In this document: positions 62,721-64,000 of the stretch, piece by piece | How positions within the stretch are numbered: the first letter of the stretch is position 1 | How the letters are laid out: every line of letters begins with the position of its first letter | NCBI GenBank assembly: GCA_977030845.1 | Contig: OZ365110.1 | Location: 29,202,001-29,266,000, forward strand | Source of the DNA: Fimbriosthenelais zetlandica | Taxonomy: Eukaryota | Length of the DNA stretch: 64,000 nt | Direction: 5' to 3' | Program-made: the position numbers and the translations under genes | The notes under the pieces: generated by a model | Seen by the model: only the letters and a program-made list of their open reading frames with translations | Database searches by the model: none | Told to the model about the DNA's origin: nothing

Positions 62721-64000
62721 TCAGCCAATACTGGCAAAGGAGCCTTTTTCACTGCAGGCAAATACTAAAAAATGTCTCCTATTTGCAAACATACAATGCC
62801 TTTATGTCAGGGCCACCGATGCATCAATATAGCTTAAGTTGACTGCACCTGCCATGATAGCCCTCTACTTTGTTAGCCATTTTGTTAATTATATGTATGG
62901 GCACCTTCATTAGCGAAGCTCTAAATACTTAATCCCCTAGTGCAGTGTGGCTTTCTTATAGATGGATTCCATTACATTGCCAATATGTTTGTTCACTTTC
63001 GCATCTTCTGGAAAACCTTAAAGCATCTGCTTGTGAAAGCAGACAATTTAGAGGGATATGAAATAGAATAACCTGAAAAATAAAAGTGTGCTGTTCAGTA
63101 TCTCTATTCAATATTAAATGCAGTAACATATTATATGTGTGCACACATATGTGACACATTATAGTCCGATTCGATTCAGTTGAACAAATCCAGTACAATG
63201 GTTTCTAGCACCTTTGTTTCACCCCCAACATTCATTGTACTATCTCGAGCAGTATTCTGAGAAATGATTATGCAATCCTCAATCTTGAAAGCGTGATTAT
63301 GCAGCTACCCCATTAAATTTGGGTGCATATATGGGTGTTACCTCTTTTTGCACAGTATATATCATAATGTTAGACAAGCGATTTAGATCTATGTTTACTC
63401 TATGGTGTGTACCTTTGGCACATCATGCATTATTTGGCTTCCGATATGATACAACATTTGGCACTACAAGGTTCTAAAGGCAACCAAGCATTGTACCTGT
63501 ACCATGTTTTCTCTGGTAGGAGTCTTACTTTTAACTGTGAGAGCAGAACCATCTGCTCCGGCGGAAGGTGGAATGTGATATCACGGGTTCCATACACTCA
63601 TGTAAAAGTGTGTAACACTAGAGTTTGTCATATATTGGAAACTGATTGCATGACACTAGAGCAATTCGTGAAGCTGTTGATAATTTCTTGAGTTACAAAA
63701 TGCCTGCCAGGCGATTCCTTCCTGGGGAAGCATACATGGATTATGATTGAAAGATGACGATGACAACAGCACCGGGTAATGTTTTATTGGTATCCCAGGA
63801 GAACGAAGATTAACGTACAACCTCTGCCGAAGCCCACCGAGACTCCATCTAATTCTCTGTTCTCGGCTTCCTGCCTTTCTTATGTCTGTCTTTTCCTCCC
63901 GTATCATTTTCCACCTCTTTTCTCATTTGCCTCTTCATCTCGACAGTTACTGAATGCAACTATCCATATAGGGACCGCTATATATTATGGCCTGTCTATT

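Noticed and set aside
841-63907. Remaining 60-160-aa ORFs in the track
   Set aside because: They show no recognisable domains and no consistent exon structure. Many are antisense or off-frame readings of decayed LINEs or low-complexity DNA.

Overview
This is animal genomic DNA: AT-rich, with spliceosomal introns, poly-G runs and ACATGT micro-repeats, probably from a marine invertebrate (inference). I see no prokaryotic system, CRISPR array or rRNA, and nearly all supplied ORFs are spurious. The one well-supported gene is the 3' end of a plus-strand single-pass (type I) membrane protein. Its transmembrane exon (6930/6951-7038) splices in frame across a 7,845-nt GT-AG intron to a last exon (14884-15544) encoding a ~220-aa cytoplasmic tail; the ectodomain exons were not found. 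That intron carries an apparently complete ~3.05-kb non-autonomous CACTA/EnSpm-type (CMC) DNA transposon (9917-12965), with 13-bp TIRs, a CA target duplication, inverted 23-bp subterminal arrays and a nested near-perfect 160-bp tandem duplication. The rest of the window is mostly decayed repeats. These include about 11 hand-translated fragments of Rex1/Babar-L2-group LINEs, a tRNA-Leu-like pseudogene or SINE head, a Penelope-type minimal-hammerhead-like motif and MITE-like inverted repeats. There are also several orphan exon-like segments and an ETS/NRF1-rich promoter-like island near 62.4-62.7 kb. All protein-family assignments are by-eye motif matches from memory, not database searches. I found no convincing novel multi-gene system.
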